Part shown: one piece after another, positions 10,818-24,632 of the stretch | How positions within the stretch are numbered: position 1 is the first letter of the stretch | Layout: each line of letters begins with the position of its first letter | DNA from: Paragordius varius | Lineage: Eukaryota > Animalia > Nematomorpha | DNA: 64,000 nucleotides | NCBI GenBank assembly: GCA_964247055.1 | Contig: OZ176052.1 | Span: 13,454,001-13,518,000, forward strand | Direction of reading: 5' to 3' | Notes under the pieces: model-generated | Database searches by the model: none | Seen by the model: the letters and a program-made list of their open reading frames with translations, nothing else | Told to the model about the DNA's origin: nothing | Program-made: the position numbers and the translations under genes

Positions 10818-13756
10818 TAGCCATTTTTATTTTTAATATCGTATAAAATAAATTTTTTAAATATTTAAAAAATTCATAAAAATTACATTTATACTCCGAT
10901 CTCGACAATATTTGGGGTGATGATGGAACTACCATAGGGCTACCCAAAAAAAATTATAGTGACATCACCTGATCAAATTTGGATTTTAGGTAGCCATTTT
11001 TATTTTTAAAATCGTATAAAATAAATTTTTTAAATATTTAAAAAATTCATAAAAATTACATATATACTCCGATCTCGACAATATTTGGGGTGATGATGGA
11101 ACTACCATAGGGCTACCCAAAAAAAATTATAGTGACATCACCTGATCAAATTTGGATTTTAGGTAGCCATTTATATTTTTAAAATCGTATAAAATAAATT
11201 TTTTAAATATTTAAAAAATTCATAAAAATTACATTTATACTCCGATCTCGAAAATATTTGGGGTGATGATGGAACTACCATAGGGCTACCCAAAAAAAAT
11301 ATGGCGACATCACCTGATCAAATTTGGATTTTAGGTAGCCATTTTTATTTTTAAAATCGTATAAAATAATTTTTTTAAATATTAAAAAAATTCATAAAAA
11401 TTACATTTATAGTCCGATCCCCAAAATATTTGGGGTGATGATGGAACTACCATAGGGCTACCCCAAAAAAATTATGGTGACATCACCTGATCAAATTTGG
11501 ATTTTAGGTAGCCATTTTTATTTTTAAAATCGTATAAAATAAATTTTTTAAATATTTAAAAAATTCATAAAAATTACATTTATAGTCCGATCTCGAAAAT
11601 ATTTGGGGTGATGATGGAACTACCATAGGGCTACGCAAAAAAAATTATGGTGACATCACCTGATCAAATTTGGATTTTAGGTAGCCATTTTTATTTTTAA
11701 AATCGTATAAAATAAATTTTTTAAATATTTAAAAAATTCATAAAAATTACATTTATAGTCCGATCTCGACAATATTTGGGGTGATGATGGAACTACCATA
11801 GAGCTACGCAAAAAAAATTATGGCGACATCACCTGATCAAATTTGGATTTTAGGTAGCCATTTTTATTTTTAAAATCGTATAAAATAAATTTTTTAAATA
11901 TTTAAAAAATTCAAAAAAATTACATTTAAAGTCCGATCTCAAAAATATTTGGGGTTATGATGGAACTACCATAGGGCTACCCAAAAAACATTATGGCGAC
12001 ATCACCTGATCAAATTTGGATTTTAGGTAGCCATTTTTATTTTTAAAATCGTATAAAATAAATTTTTTAAATATTTAAAAAATTCATAAAAATTACATTT
12101 ATAGTCCGATCCCCAAAATATTTGGGGTGATGATGGAACTACCATAGGGCTACCCAAAAAAAATTATGGCGACATCACCTGATCAAATTTGGATTTTAGG
12201 TAGCCATTTTTATTTTTAAAATCGTATAAAATAAATTTTTTAAATATTTAAAAAATTCATAAAAATTACATTTATAGTCCGATCTCGAAAATATTTGGGG
12301 TGATGATGGAACTACCATAGGGCTACCCAAAAAAAATTATGGCGACATCACCTGATCAAATTTGGATTTTAGGTAGCCATTTTTATTTTTAAAATCGTAT
12401 AAAATAAATTTTTTAAATATTTAAAAAATTCATAAAAATTACATTTATAGTCCGATCTCGAAAATATTTGGGGTGATGATGGAACTACCATAGGGCTACC
12501 CAAAAAAAATTATGGTGACATCACCTGATTAAATTTGGATTTTAGGTAGCCATTTTTATTTTTAATATCGTATAAAATAAATTTTTTAAATATTTAAAAA
12601 ATTCATAAAAATTACATTTATACTCCGATCTCGACAATATTTGGGGTGATGATGGAACTACCATAGGGCTACCCAAAAAAAATTATAGTGACATCACCTG
12701 ATCAAATTTGGATTTTAGGTAGCCATTTTTATTTTTAAAATCGTATAAAATAAATTTTTTAAATATTTAAAAAATTCATAAAAATTACATATATACTCCG
12801 ATCTCGACAATATTTGGGGTGATGATGGAACTACCATAGGGCTACCCAAAAAAAATTATAGTGACATCACCTGATCAAATTTGGATTTTAGGTAGCCATT
12901 TTTATTTTTAATATCGTATAAAATAAATTTTTTAAATATTTAAAAAATTCATAAAAATTACATTTATACTCCGATCTCGAAAATATTTGGGGTGATGATG
13001 GAACTACCATAGGGCTACCCAAAAAAAATATGGCGACATCACCTGATCAAATTTGGATTTTAGGTAGCCATTTTTATTTTTAAAATCGTATAAAATAATT
13101 TTTTTAAATATTAAAAAAATTCATAAAAATTACATTTATAGTCCGATCCCCAAAATATTTGGGGTGATGATGGAACTACCATAGGGCTACCCCAAAAAAA
13201 TTATGGTGACATCACCTGATCAAATTTGGATTTTAGGTAGCCATTTTTATTTTTAAAATCGTATAAAATAAATTTTTTAAATATTTAAAAAATTCATAAA
13301 AATTACATTTATAGTCCGATCTCGAAAATATTTGGGGTGATGATGGAACTACCATAGGGCTACGCAAAAAAAATTATGGTGACATCACCTGATCAAATTT
13401 GGATTTTAGGTAACCATTTTTATTTTTAAAATCGTATAAAATAAATTTTTTAAATATTTAAAAAATTCATAAAAATTACATTTATAGTCCGATCTCGACA
13501 ATATTTGGGGTGATGATGGAACTACCATAGAGCTACGCAAAAAAAATTATGGCGACATCACCTGATCAAATTTGGATTTTAGGTAGCCATTTTTATTTTT
13601 AAAATCGTATAAAATAAATTTTTTAAATATTTAAAAAATTCAAAAAAATTACATTTAAAGTCCGATCTCAAAAATATTTGGGGTTATGATGGAACTACCA
13701 TAGGGCTACCCAAAAAACATTATGGCGACATCACCTGATCAAATTTGGATTTTAGG
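10818..13756. repeat. Seven-monomer block duplicated at a 10-monomer offset (1729 bp)
   Basis: Private variants TACATATATAC (11062/12791), CATAGAGCTACG (11802/13531), CTACCCC and AAAAAACATT recur 1729 bp apart. Confidence 0.85.
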
Positions 13757-16700
13757 TAGCCATTTTTATTTTTAAAATCGTATAAAATAAATTTTTTAAA
13801 TATTTAAAAAATTCAAAAAAATAACATTTAAAGTCCGATCTCAAAAATATTTGGGGTTATGATGGAACTACCATAGGGCTACCCAAAAAAAATTATGGCG
13901 ACATCACCTGATCAAATTTGGATTTTAGGTAGCCATTTTTATTTTTAAAATCGTATAAAATAAATTTTTTAAATATTTAAAAACTTCATAAAAATTACAT
14001 TTACAGTCCGATCCCCAAAATATTTGGGGTGATGATGGAACTACCATAGGGCTACCCAAAAAAAATTATGGCGACATCACCTGATCAAATATGGATTTTA
14101 GGTAGCCATTTTTATTTTTAAAATCGTATAAAATAAATTTTTTAAATATTTAAAAAATTCATAAAAATTACATTTATAGTCCGATCTCGAAAATATTTGG
14201 GGTGATGATGGAACTACCATAGGGCTACCCAAAAAAAATTATGGTGACATCACCTGATCAAATTTGGATTTTAGGTAGCCATTTTTATTTTTAAAATCGT
14301 ATAAAATAATTTTTAAATATTTAAAAAATTCATAAAAATTACATTTATACTCCGATCTCGAAAATATTTGGGGTGATGATGGAACTACCATAGGGCTACC
14401 CAAAAAAAATTATGGTGACATCACCTGATCAAATTTGGATTTTAGGTAGCCATTTTTATTTTTAAAATCGTATAAAATAAATTTTTTAAATATTTAAAAA
14501 ATTCAAAAAAATTACATTTATAGTCCGATCCCCAAAATATTTGGGGTGATGATGGAACTACCATAGGGCTACCCAAAAAACATTATGGCGACATCACCTG
14601 ATCAAATTTGGATTTTAGGTAGCCATTTTTATTTTTAATATCGTATAAAATAAATTTTTTAAATATTTAAAAAATTCAAAAAAATAACATTTAAAGTCCG
14701 ATCTCAAAAATATTTGGGGTTATGATGGAACTACCATAGGGCTACCCAAAAAAAATTATAGCGACATCACCTGATCAAATTTGGATTTTAGGTAGCCATT
14801 TTTATTTTTAAAATCGTATAAAATAAATTTTTCAAATATTTAAAAACTTCATAAAAATTACATTTATAGTCCGATCCCCAAAATATTTGGGGTGATGATG
14901 GAACTACCATAGGGCTACCCAAAAAAAATTATGGCGACATCACCTGATCAAATTTTGTTTTAGGTAGCCATTTTTATTTTTAAAATCGTATAAAATAAAT
15001 TTTTTAAATATTTAAAAAATTCAAAAAAATTACATTTATACTCCGATCTCGACAATATTTGGGGTGATGATGGAACTACCATATGGCTACCCAAAAAAAA
15101 TTATGGTGACATCACCTGATCAAATTTGGATTTTAGGTAGCCATTTTTATTTTTAAAATCGTATAAAATAATATTTTTAAATATTTAAAAAATTCATAAA
15201 AATTACATTTATACTCCGATCTCGAAAATATTTGGGGTGATGATGGAACTACCATAGGGCTACCCAAAAAAAATTATGGTGACATCACCTGATCAAATTT
15301 GGATTTTAGGTAGCCATTTTTATTTTTAAAATCGTATAAAATAAATTTTTTAAATATTTAAAAAATTCATAAAAATTACATTTATACTCCGATCCCCAAA
15401 GTATTTGGGGTGATGATGGAACTACCATAGGGCTACCCAAAAAAAATTATGGTGACATCACCTGATCAAATTTGGATTTTAGGTAGCCATTTTTATTTTT
15501 AAAATCGTATAAAATAATATTTTTAAATATTAAAAAAATTCATAAAAATTACATTTATAGTCCGATCTCGACAATATTTGGGGTGATGATGGAACTACCA
15601 TAGAGCTACGCAGAAAAAATTATGGCGACATCACCTGATCAAATTTGGATTATAGGTAGCCATTTTTATTTTTAAAATCGTATAAAATAAATTTTTTAAA
15701 TATTTAAAAAATTCATAAAAATTACATTTATACTCCGATCTCGAAAATATTTGGGGTGATGATGGAACTACCATAGGGCTACCCAAAAAAAATTATAGTG
15801 ACATCACCTGATCAAATTTGGATTTTAGGTAGCCATTTTTATTTTTAAAATCGTATAAAATAAATTTTTTAAATATTTAAAAAATTCATAAAAATTACAT
15901 TTATACTCCGATCTCGAAAATAATTGGGGGCATGATGGAATTACCATAGGGCTACCCAAAAAAAATTATGGTGACATCACCTGATCAAATTTGGACTTTA
16001 GGTAGCCATTTTTATTTTTAAAATCGTATAAAATAAATTTTTTAAATTTTTAAAAAATTCATAAAAATTACATTTATACTCCGATCTCGAAAATATTTGG
16101 GGTGATGATGGAACTACCATAGGGCTACGCAAAAAAAATTATGGTGACATCACCTGATCAAATTTGGATTTTAGGTAGCCATTTTTATTTTTAAAATCGT
16201 ATAAAATAAATTTTTTAAATATTTAAAAAATTCATAAAAATTACATTTATACTCCGATCTCGAAAATATTTGGGGTGATGATGCAACTACCATAGGGCTA
16301 CGCAAAAAAAATTATGGTGACATCACCTGATCAAATTTGGATTTTAGGTAGCCATTTTATTTTTAAAATCGTATAAAATAATTTTTTTAAATATTTAAAA
16401 AATTCATAAAAATTACATTTATACTCCGATCTCGAAAATATTTGGGGTGATGATGGAACTACCATAGGGCTACCCAAAAAAAATTATAGTGACATCACCT
16501 GATCAAATTTGGATTTTAGGTAACCATTTTTATTTTTAATATCGTATAAAATAAATTTTTTAAATATTTAAAAAATTCATAAAAATTACATTTATAGTCC
16601 GATCCCCAAAATATTTGGGGTGATGATGGAACTACCATAGGGCTACCCAAAAAAAATTATAGTGACATCACCTGATCAAATTTGGATTTTAGGTAGCCAT

Positions 16701-19700
16701 TTTTATTTTTAAAATCGTATAAAATAAATTTTTTAAATATTTAAAAAATTCATAAAAATTACATTTATAGTCCGATCTCGACAATATTTGGGGTGATGAT
16801 GGAATTACCATAGGGCTACCCAAAAAAAATTATGGTGACATCACCTGATCAAATTTGGATTTTAGGTAGCCATTTTTATTTTTAAAATCGTATAAAATAA
16901 ATTTTTTAAATATTTAAAAAATTCATAAAAATTACATTTATAGTCCGATCTCGACAATATTTGGGGTGATGATGGAATTACCATAGGGCTACCCAAAAAA
17001 AATTATGGTGACATCACCTGATCAAATTTGGATTTTAGGTAGCCATTTTTATTTTTAAAATCGTATAAAATAAATTTTTTAAATATTTAAAAAATTCATA
17101 AAAATTACATTTATAGTCCGATCTCGACAATATTTGGGGTGATGATGGAATTACCATAGGGCTACCCAAAAAAAATTATGGTGACATCACCTGATCAAAT
17201 TTGGATTTTAGGTAGCCATTTTTATTTTTAAAATCGTATAAAATAAATTTTTTAAATATTTAAAAAATTCATAAAAATTACATTTATACTCCGATCTCGA
17301 AAATATTTGGGGTGATGATGCAACTACCATAGGGCTACGCAAAAAAAATTATGGTGACATCACCTGATCAAATTTGGATTTTAGGTAGCCATTTTATTTT
17401 TAAAATCGTATAAAATAATTTTTTTAAATATTTAAAAAATTCATAAAAATTACATTTATACTCCGATCTCGACAATATTTGGGGTGATGATGGAACTACC
17501 ATAGGGCTACCCAAAAAAAATTATAGTGACATCACCTGATCAAATTTGGATTTTAGGTAGCCATTTTTATTTTTAAAATCGTATAAAATAAATTTTTTAA
17601 ATATTTAAAAAATTCATAAAAATTACATTTATAGTCCGATCCCCAAAATATTTGGGGTGATGATGGAATTACCATAGGGCTACCCAAAAAAAATTATGAT
17701 GACATCACCTGATCAAATTTGGATTTTAGGCAGCCATTTTTATTTTTAAAATCGTATAAAATAAATTTTTAAATATTTAAAAAATTCATAAAAATTACAT
17801 TTATACTCCGATCTCGAAAATATTTGGGGTGATGATGGAACTACCATAGGGCTACCCAAAAAAAATTATAGTGACATCACCTGATCAAATTTGGATTTTA
17901 GGTTGCCATTTTTATTTTTAAAATCGTATAAAATAAATTTTTTAAATATTTAAAAAATTCATAAAAATTACATTTATAGTTGATCCCCAAAATATTTGGG
18001 GTGATGATGGAACAACCATAGGGCTAAGCAAAAAAAATTATGGCGACATCACCTGATCAAATTTGGATTTTAGGTAGCCATTTTTATTTTTAAAATCGTA
18101 TAAAATAAATTTTTTAAATATTTAAAAAATTCAAAAAAATTACATTTATACTCCGATCTCGAAAATATTTGGGGTGATGATGGAACTACCATAGGGCTAC
18201 CCAAAAAAAATTATGGTGACATCACCTGATCAAATTTGGACTTTAGGTAGCCATTTTTATTTTTAAAATCGTATAAAATAAATTATTTAAATATTTAAAA
18301 AATTCATAAAAATTACATTTATAGTCCGATCCCCAAAATATTTGGGGTGATGATGGAACTACCATAGGGCTACCCAAAAAAATTATGGTGACATCACCTA
18401 ATCAAATTTGGATTTTAGGTAGCCATTTTTATTTTTAAAATCGTATAAAATAAATTTTTTAAATTTTTAAAAAATTCATAAAAATTACATTTATAGTCCG
18501 ATCCCCAAAATATTTGGGGTGATGATGGAACTACCATAGGGCTACCCAAAAAAAATTATGGTGACATCACCTGATCAAATTTGGATTTTAGGTAGCCATT
18601 TTTATTTTTAAAATCGTATAAAATAAATTATTTAAATATTTAAAAAATTCATAAAAATTACATTTATAGTCCGATCCCCAAAATATTTGGGGTGATGATG
18701 GAACTACCATAGGGCTACCCAAAAAAATTATGGTGACATCACCTAATCAAATTTGGATTTTAGGTAGCCATTTTTATTTTTAAAATCGTATAAAATAAAT
18801 TTTTTAAATATTTAAAAAATTCATAAAAATTACATTTATAGTCCGATCCCCAAAGTATTTGGGGTGATGATGGAACTACCATAGGGCTACGCAAAAAAAA
18901 TTATGGTGACATCACCTGATCAAATTTGGATTTTAGGTAGCCATTTTTATTTTTAAAATCGTATAAAATAAATTTTTTAAATATTTAAAAAATTCATAAA
19001 AATTACATTTATAGTCCGATCTCGAAAATATTTGGGGTGATGATGGAACTACCATAGGGCTACTCAAAAAAAATTATGGTGACATCACCTGATCAAATTT
19101 GGATTTTAGGTAGCCATTTTTATTTTTAAAATCGTATAAAATAAATTTTTTATATATTTAAAAAATTCATAAAAATTACATTTATAGTCCGATCTCGACA
19201 ATATTTGGGGTGATGATGGAATTACCATAGGGCTACCCAAAAAAAATTATGGTGACATCACCTGATCAAATTTGGATTTTAGGTAGCCATTTTTATTTTT
19301 AAAATCGTATAAAATAAATTTTTTAAATATTTAAAAAATTCATAAAAATTACATTTATACTCCGATCTCGAAAATATTTGGGGTGATGATGGAACTACCA
19401 TAGGGCTACCCAAAAAAAATAATAGTGACATCACCTGATCAAATTGGATTTTAGGTAGCCATTTTTATTTTTAAAATCGTATAAAATAAATTATTTAAAT
19501 ATTTAAAAAATTCATAAAAATTACATTTATACTCCGATCTCGACAATATTTGGGGTGATGATGGAACTACCATAGGGCTACCCAAAAAAAATTATGGTCA
19601 CATCACCTGATCAAATTTGGATTTTAGGTAGCCATTTTTATTTTTAAAATCGTATAAAATAAATTTTTTAAATATTTAAAAAATTCATAAAAATTACATT

Positions 19701-20492
19701 TATATTCCGATCTCGAAAATATTTGGGGTGATGATGGAACTACCATAGGGCTACCCAAAAAAAATAATAGTGACATCACCTGATCAAATTGGATTTTAGG
19801 TAGCCATTTTTATTTTTAAAATCGTATAAAATAAATTATTTAAATATTTAAAAAATTCATAAAAATTACATTTATAGTCCGATCCCCAAAATATTTGGGG
19901 TGATGATGGAACTACCATAGGGCTACCCAAAAAAAATTATGGTGACATCACCTGATCAAATTTGGATTTTAGGTAGCCATTTTTATTTTTAAAATCGTAT
20001 AAAATAAATTTTTTAAATATTTAAAAAATTCATAAAAATTACATTTATACTCCGATCTCGAAAATATTTGGGGTGATGATGGAACTACCATAGGGCTACC
20101 CAAAAAAAATTATAGTGACATCACCTGATCAAATTTGGATTTTAGGTAGCCATTTTTATTTTTAAAATCGTATAAAATAAATTTTTTAAATATTTAAAAA
20201 ATTCATAAAAATTACATTTATACTCCGATCTCGAAAATATTTGGGGTGATGATGGAACTACCATAGGGCTACCCAAAAAAAATTATGGTGACATCACCTG
20301 ATCAAATTTGGATTTTAGGTAGCCATTTTTATTTTTAAAATCGTATAAAATAAATTTTTTAAATATTTAAAAAATTCATAAAAATTACATTTATAGTCCG
20401 ATCCCCAAAATATTTGGGGTGATGATGGAACTACCATAGGGCTACCCAAAAAAAAATATGGTGACATCACCTGATCAAATTTGGATTTTAGG

Positions 20493-23400
20493 TAGCCATT
20501 TTTATTTTTAAAATCGTATAAAATAAATTTTTTAATATTTAAAAAATTCATAAAAATTACATTTATACTCCGATCTCGACAATATTTGGGGTGATGATGG
20601 AACTACCATAGGGCTACCCAAAAAAAATTATGGTGACATCATCTGATCAAATTTGGATTTTAGGTAGCCATTTTTATTTTTAAAATCGTATAAATTAAAT
20701 TTTTTAAATATTTAAAAAATTCATAAAAATTACATTTATACTCCGATCTCGAAAATATTTGGGGTGATGATGGAGCTACCATAGGGCTACCCAAAAAAAA
20801 TTATGGTGACATCACCTGATCAAATTTGGATTTTAGGTAGCCATTTTTATTTTTAAAATCGTATAAAATAAATTTTTTAAATATTTAAAAAATTCATAAA
20901 AGTTACATTTATAGTCCGATCCCCAAAATATTTGTGGTGATGATGGAACTACCATAGGGCTACCCAAAAAAAATTATGGTGACATCACCTGATCAAATTT
21001 GGATTTTAGGTAGCCATTTTTATTTTTAAAATCGTATAAAATAAATTTTTAAATATTTAAAAAATTCAAAAAAATTACATTTATACTCCGATCTCGACAA
21101 TATTTGGGGTGATGATGGAATTACCATAGGGCTACCCAAAAAAAATTATGGTGACATCACCTGATCAAATTTGGATTTTAGGTAGCCATTTTTATTTTTA
21201 AAATCGTATAAAATAAATTTTTTAAATATTTAAAAAATTCATAAAAATTACATTTATACTCCGATCTCGAAAATATTTGGGGTGATGATGGAACTACCAT
21301 AGGGCTACCCAAAAAAAATTATGGTGACATCACCTGATCAAATTTGGATTTTAGGTAGCCATTTTTATTTTTAAAATCGTATAAAATAAATTTTTTAAAT
21401 ATTTAAAAATTTCATAAAAATTACATTTATACTCCGATCTCGAAAATATTTGGGGTGATGATGGAACTACCATAGGGCTACCCAAAAAAAATTATAGTGA
21501 CATCACCTGATCAAATTTGGATTTTAGGTAGCCATTTTTATCTTAAAATCGTATAAAATAAATTTTTTAAATATTTAAAAAATTCATAAAAATTACATTT
21601 ATAGTCCGATCCCCAAAATATTTGGGGTGATGATGGAACTACCATAGGGCTACCCAAAAAAAATTATAGTGACATCACCTGATCAAATTTGGATTTTAGG
21701 TAGCCATTTTTATTTTTGAAATCGTATAAAATAAATTTTTTAAATATTTAAAAAATTCATAAAAATTACATTTATACTCCGATCTCGACAATATTTGGGG
21801 TGATGATGGAACTACCATAGGGCTACCCAAAAAAAATTATAGTGACATCACCTGTACAAATTTGGATTTTAGGTAGCCATTTTTATTTTTAAAATCGTAT
21901 AAAATAAATTTTTTAAATATTTAAAAAATTCAAAAAAATTACATTTATACTCCGATCTCGAAAATATTTGGGGTGATGATGGAACTACCATAGGGCTACA
22001 CAAAAAAAATTATGGTGACATCACCTGATCAAATTTGGATTTTAGGTAGCCATTTTTATTTTTAAAATCGTATAAAATAAATTTTTTAAATATTTAAAAA
22101 ATTCATAAAAATTACATTTATACTCCGATCTCGAAAATATTTGGGGTGATGATGGAACTACCATAGGGCTACCCAAAAAAAATTATAGTGACATCACCTG
22201 ATCAAATTTGGATTTTAGGTAGCCATTTTTATTTTTAAAATATAAAATAAATTTTTTAAATATTTAAAAAATTCATAAAAATTACATTTATAGTCCGATC
22301 CCCAAAATATTTGGGGTGATGATGGAATTACCATAGGGCTACCCAAAAAAAATTATGGTGACATCACCTGATCAAATTTGGATTTTAGGTAGCCATTTTT
22401 ATTTTTAATATCGTATAAAATAAATTTTTTAAATATTTAAAAAAATCATAAAAATTACATTTATACTCCGATCTCGACAATATTTGGGGTGATGATGGAA
22501 CTACCATAGGGCTACCCAAAAAAAATTATGGTGACATCATCTGATCAAATTTGGATTTTAGGTAGCCATTTTTATTTTTAAAATCGTATAAATTAAATTT
22601 TTTTAATATTTAAAAAATTCATAAAAATTACATTTATACTCCGATCTCGAAAATATTTGGGGTGATGATGGAGCTACCATAGGGCTACCCAAAAAAAATT
22701 ATGGTGACATCACCTGATCAAATTTGGATTTTAGGTAGCCATTTTTATTTTTAAAATCGTATAAAATAAATTTTTTAAATATTTAAAAAAATAATAAAAG
22801 TTACATTTATAGTCCGATCCCCAAAATATTTGTGGTGATGATGGAACTACCATAGGGCTACCCAAAAAAAATTATGGTGACATCACCTGATCAAATTTGG
22901 ATTTTAGGTAGCCATTTTTATTTTTAAAATCGTATAAAATAAATTTTTAAATATTTAAAAAATTCAAAAAAATTACATTTATACTCTGATCTCGACAATA
23001 TTTGGGGTGATGATGGAATTACCATAGGGCTACCCAAAAAAAATTATGGTGACATCACCTGATCAAATTTGGATTTTAGGTAGCCATTTTTATTTTTAAA
23101 ATCGTATAAAATAAATTTTTTAAATATTTAAAAAATTCATAAAAATTACATTTATACTCCGATCTCGAAAATATTTGGGGTGATGATGGAACTACCATAG
23201 GGCTACCCAAAAAAAATTATGGTGACATCACCTGATCAAATTTGGATTTTAGTAGCCATTTTTATTTTTAAAATCGTATAAAATAAATTTTTTAAATATT
23301 TAAAAAATTCATAAAAATTACATTTATACTCCGATCTCGAAAATATTTGGGGTGATGATGGAACTACCATAGGGCTACCCAAAAAAAATTATAGTGACAT

Positions 23401-24286
23401 CACCTGATCAAATTTGGATTTTAGGTAGCCATTTTTATCTTAAAATCGTATAAAATAAATTTTTTAAATATTTAAAAAATTCATAAAAATTACATTTATA
23501 GTCCGATCCCCAAAATATTTGGGGTGATGATGGAACTACCATAGGGCTACCCAAAAAAAATTATAGTGACATCACCTGATCAAATTTGGATTTTAGGTAG
23601 CCATTTTTATTTTTGAAATCGTATAAAATAAATTTTTTAAATATTTAAAAAATTCATAAAAATTACATTTATACTCCGATCTCGACAATATTTGGGGTGA
23701 TGATGGAACTACCATAGGGCTACCCAAAAAAAATTATAGTGACATCACCTGTACAAATTTGGATTTTAGGTAGCCATTTTTATTTTTAAAATCGTATAAA
23801 ATAAATTTTTTAAATATTTAAAAAATTCAAAAAAATTACATTTATACTCCGATCTCGAAAATATTTGGGGTGATGATGGAACTACCATAGGGCTACCCAA
23901 AAAAAATTATGGTGACATCACCTGATCAAATTTGGATTTTAGGTAGCCATTTTTATTTTTAAAATCGTATAAAATAAATTTTTTAAATATTTAAAAAATT
24001 CATAAAAATTACATTTATACTCCGATCTCGAAAATATTTGGGGTGATGATGGAACTACCATAGGGCTACCCAAAAAAAATTATAGTGACATCACCTGATC
24101 AAATTTGGATTTTAGGTAGCCATTTTTATTTTTAAAATATAAAATAAATTTTTTAAATATTTAAAAAATTCATAAAAATTACATTTATAGTCCGATCCCC
24201 AAAATATTTGGGGTGATGATGGAATTACCATAGGGCTACCCAAAAAAAATTATGGTGACATCACCTGATCAAATTTGGATTTTAGG
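20493..24286. repeat. Tandem 11-monomer higher-order repeat, 2 copies of 1897 bp
   Basis: GGAGCTACC (20775/22673), CCTGTACA (21855/23752), CATCATCTG, TTTGAAATC and TATCTTAAAA pairs are about 1897 bp apart. Confidence 0.9.
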
Positions 24287-24632
24287 TAGCCATTTTTATT
24301 TTTAATATCGTATAAAATAAATTTTTTAAATATTTAAAAAATTCATAAAAATTACATTTATACTCCGATCTCGACAATATTTGGGGTGATGATGGAACAA
24401 CCATAGGGCTACACAAAAAAAATTATGGCGACATAACCTGATCAAATTTGGATTTTAGGTAGCCATTTTTATTTTTAAAATCGTATAAAATAAATTTTTT
24501 AAATATTTAAAAAATTCAAAAAAATTACATTTATACTCCGATCTCGAAAATATTTAGGGTGATGATGGAACTACCATAGGGCTACCCAAAAAAAATTATG
24601 GCGACATCACCTGATCAAATTTGGATTTTAGG

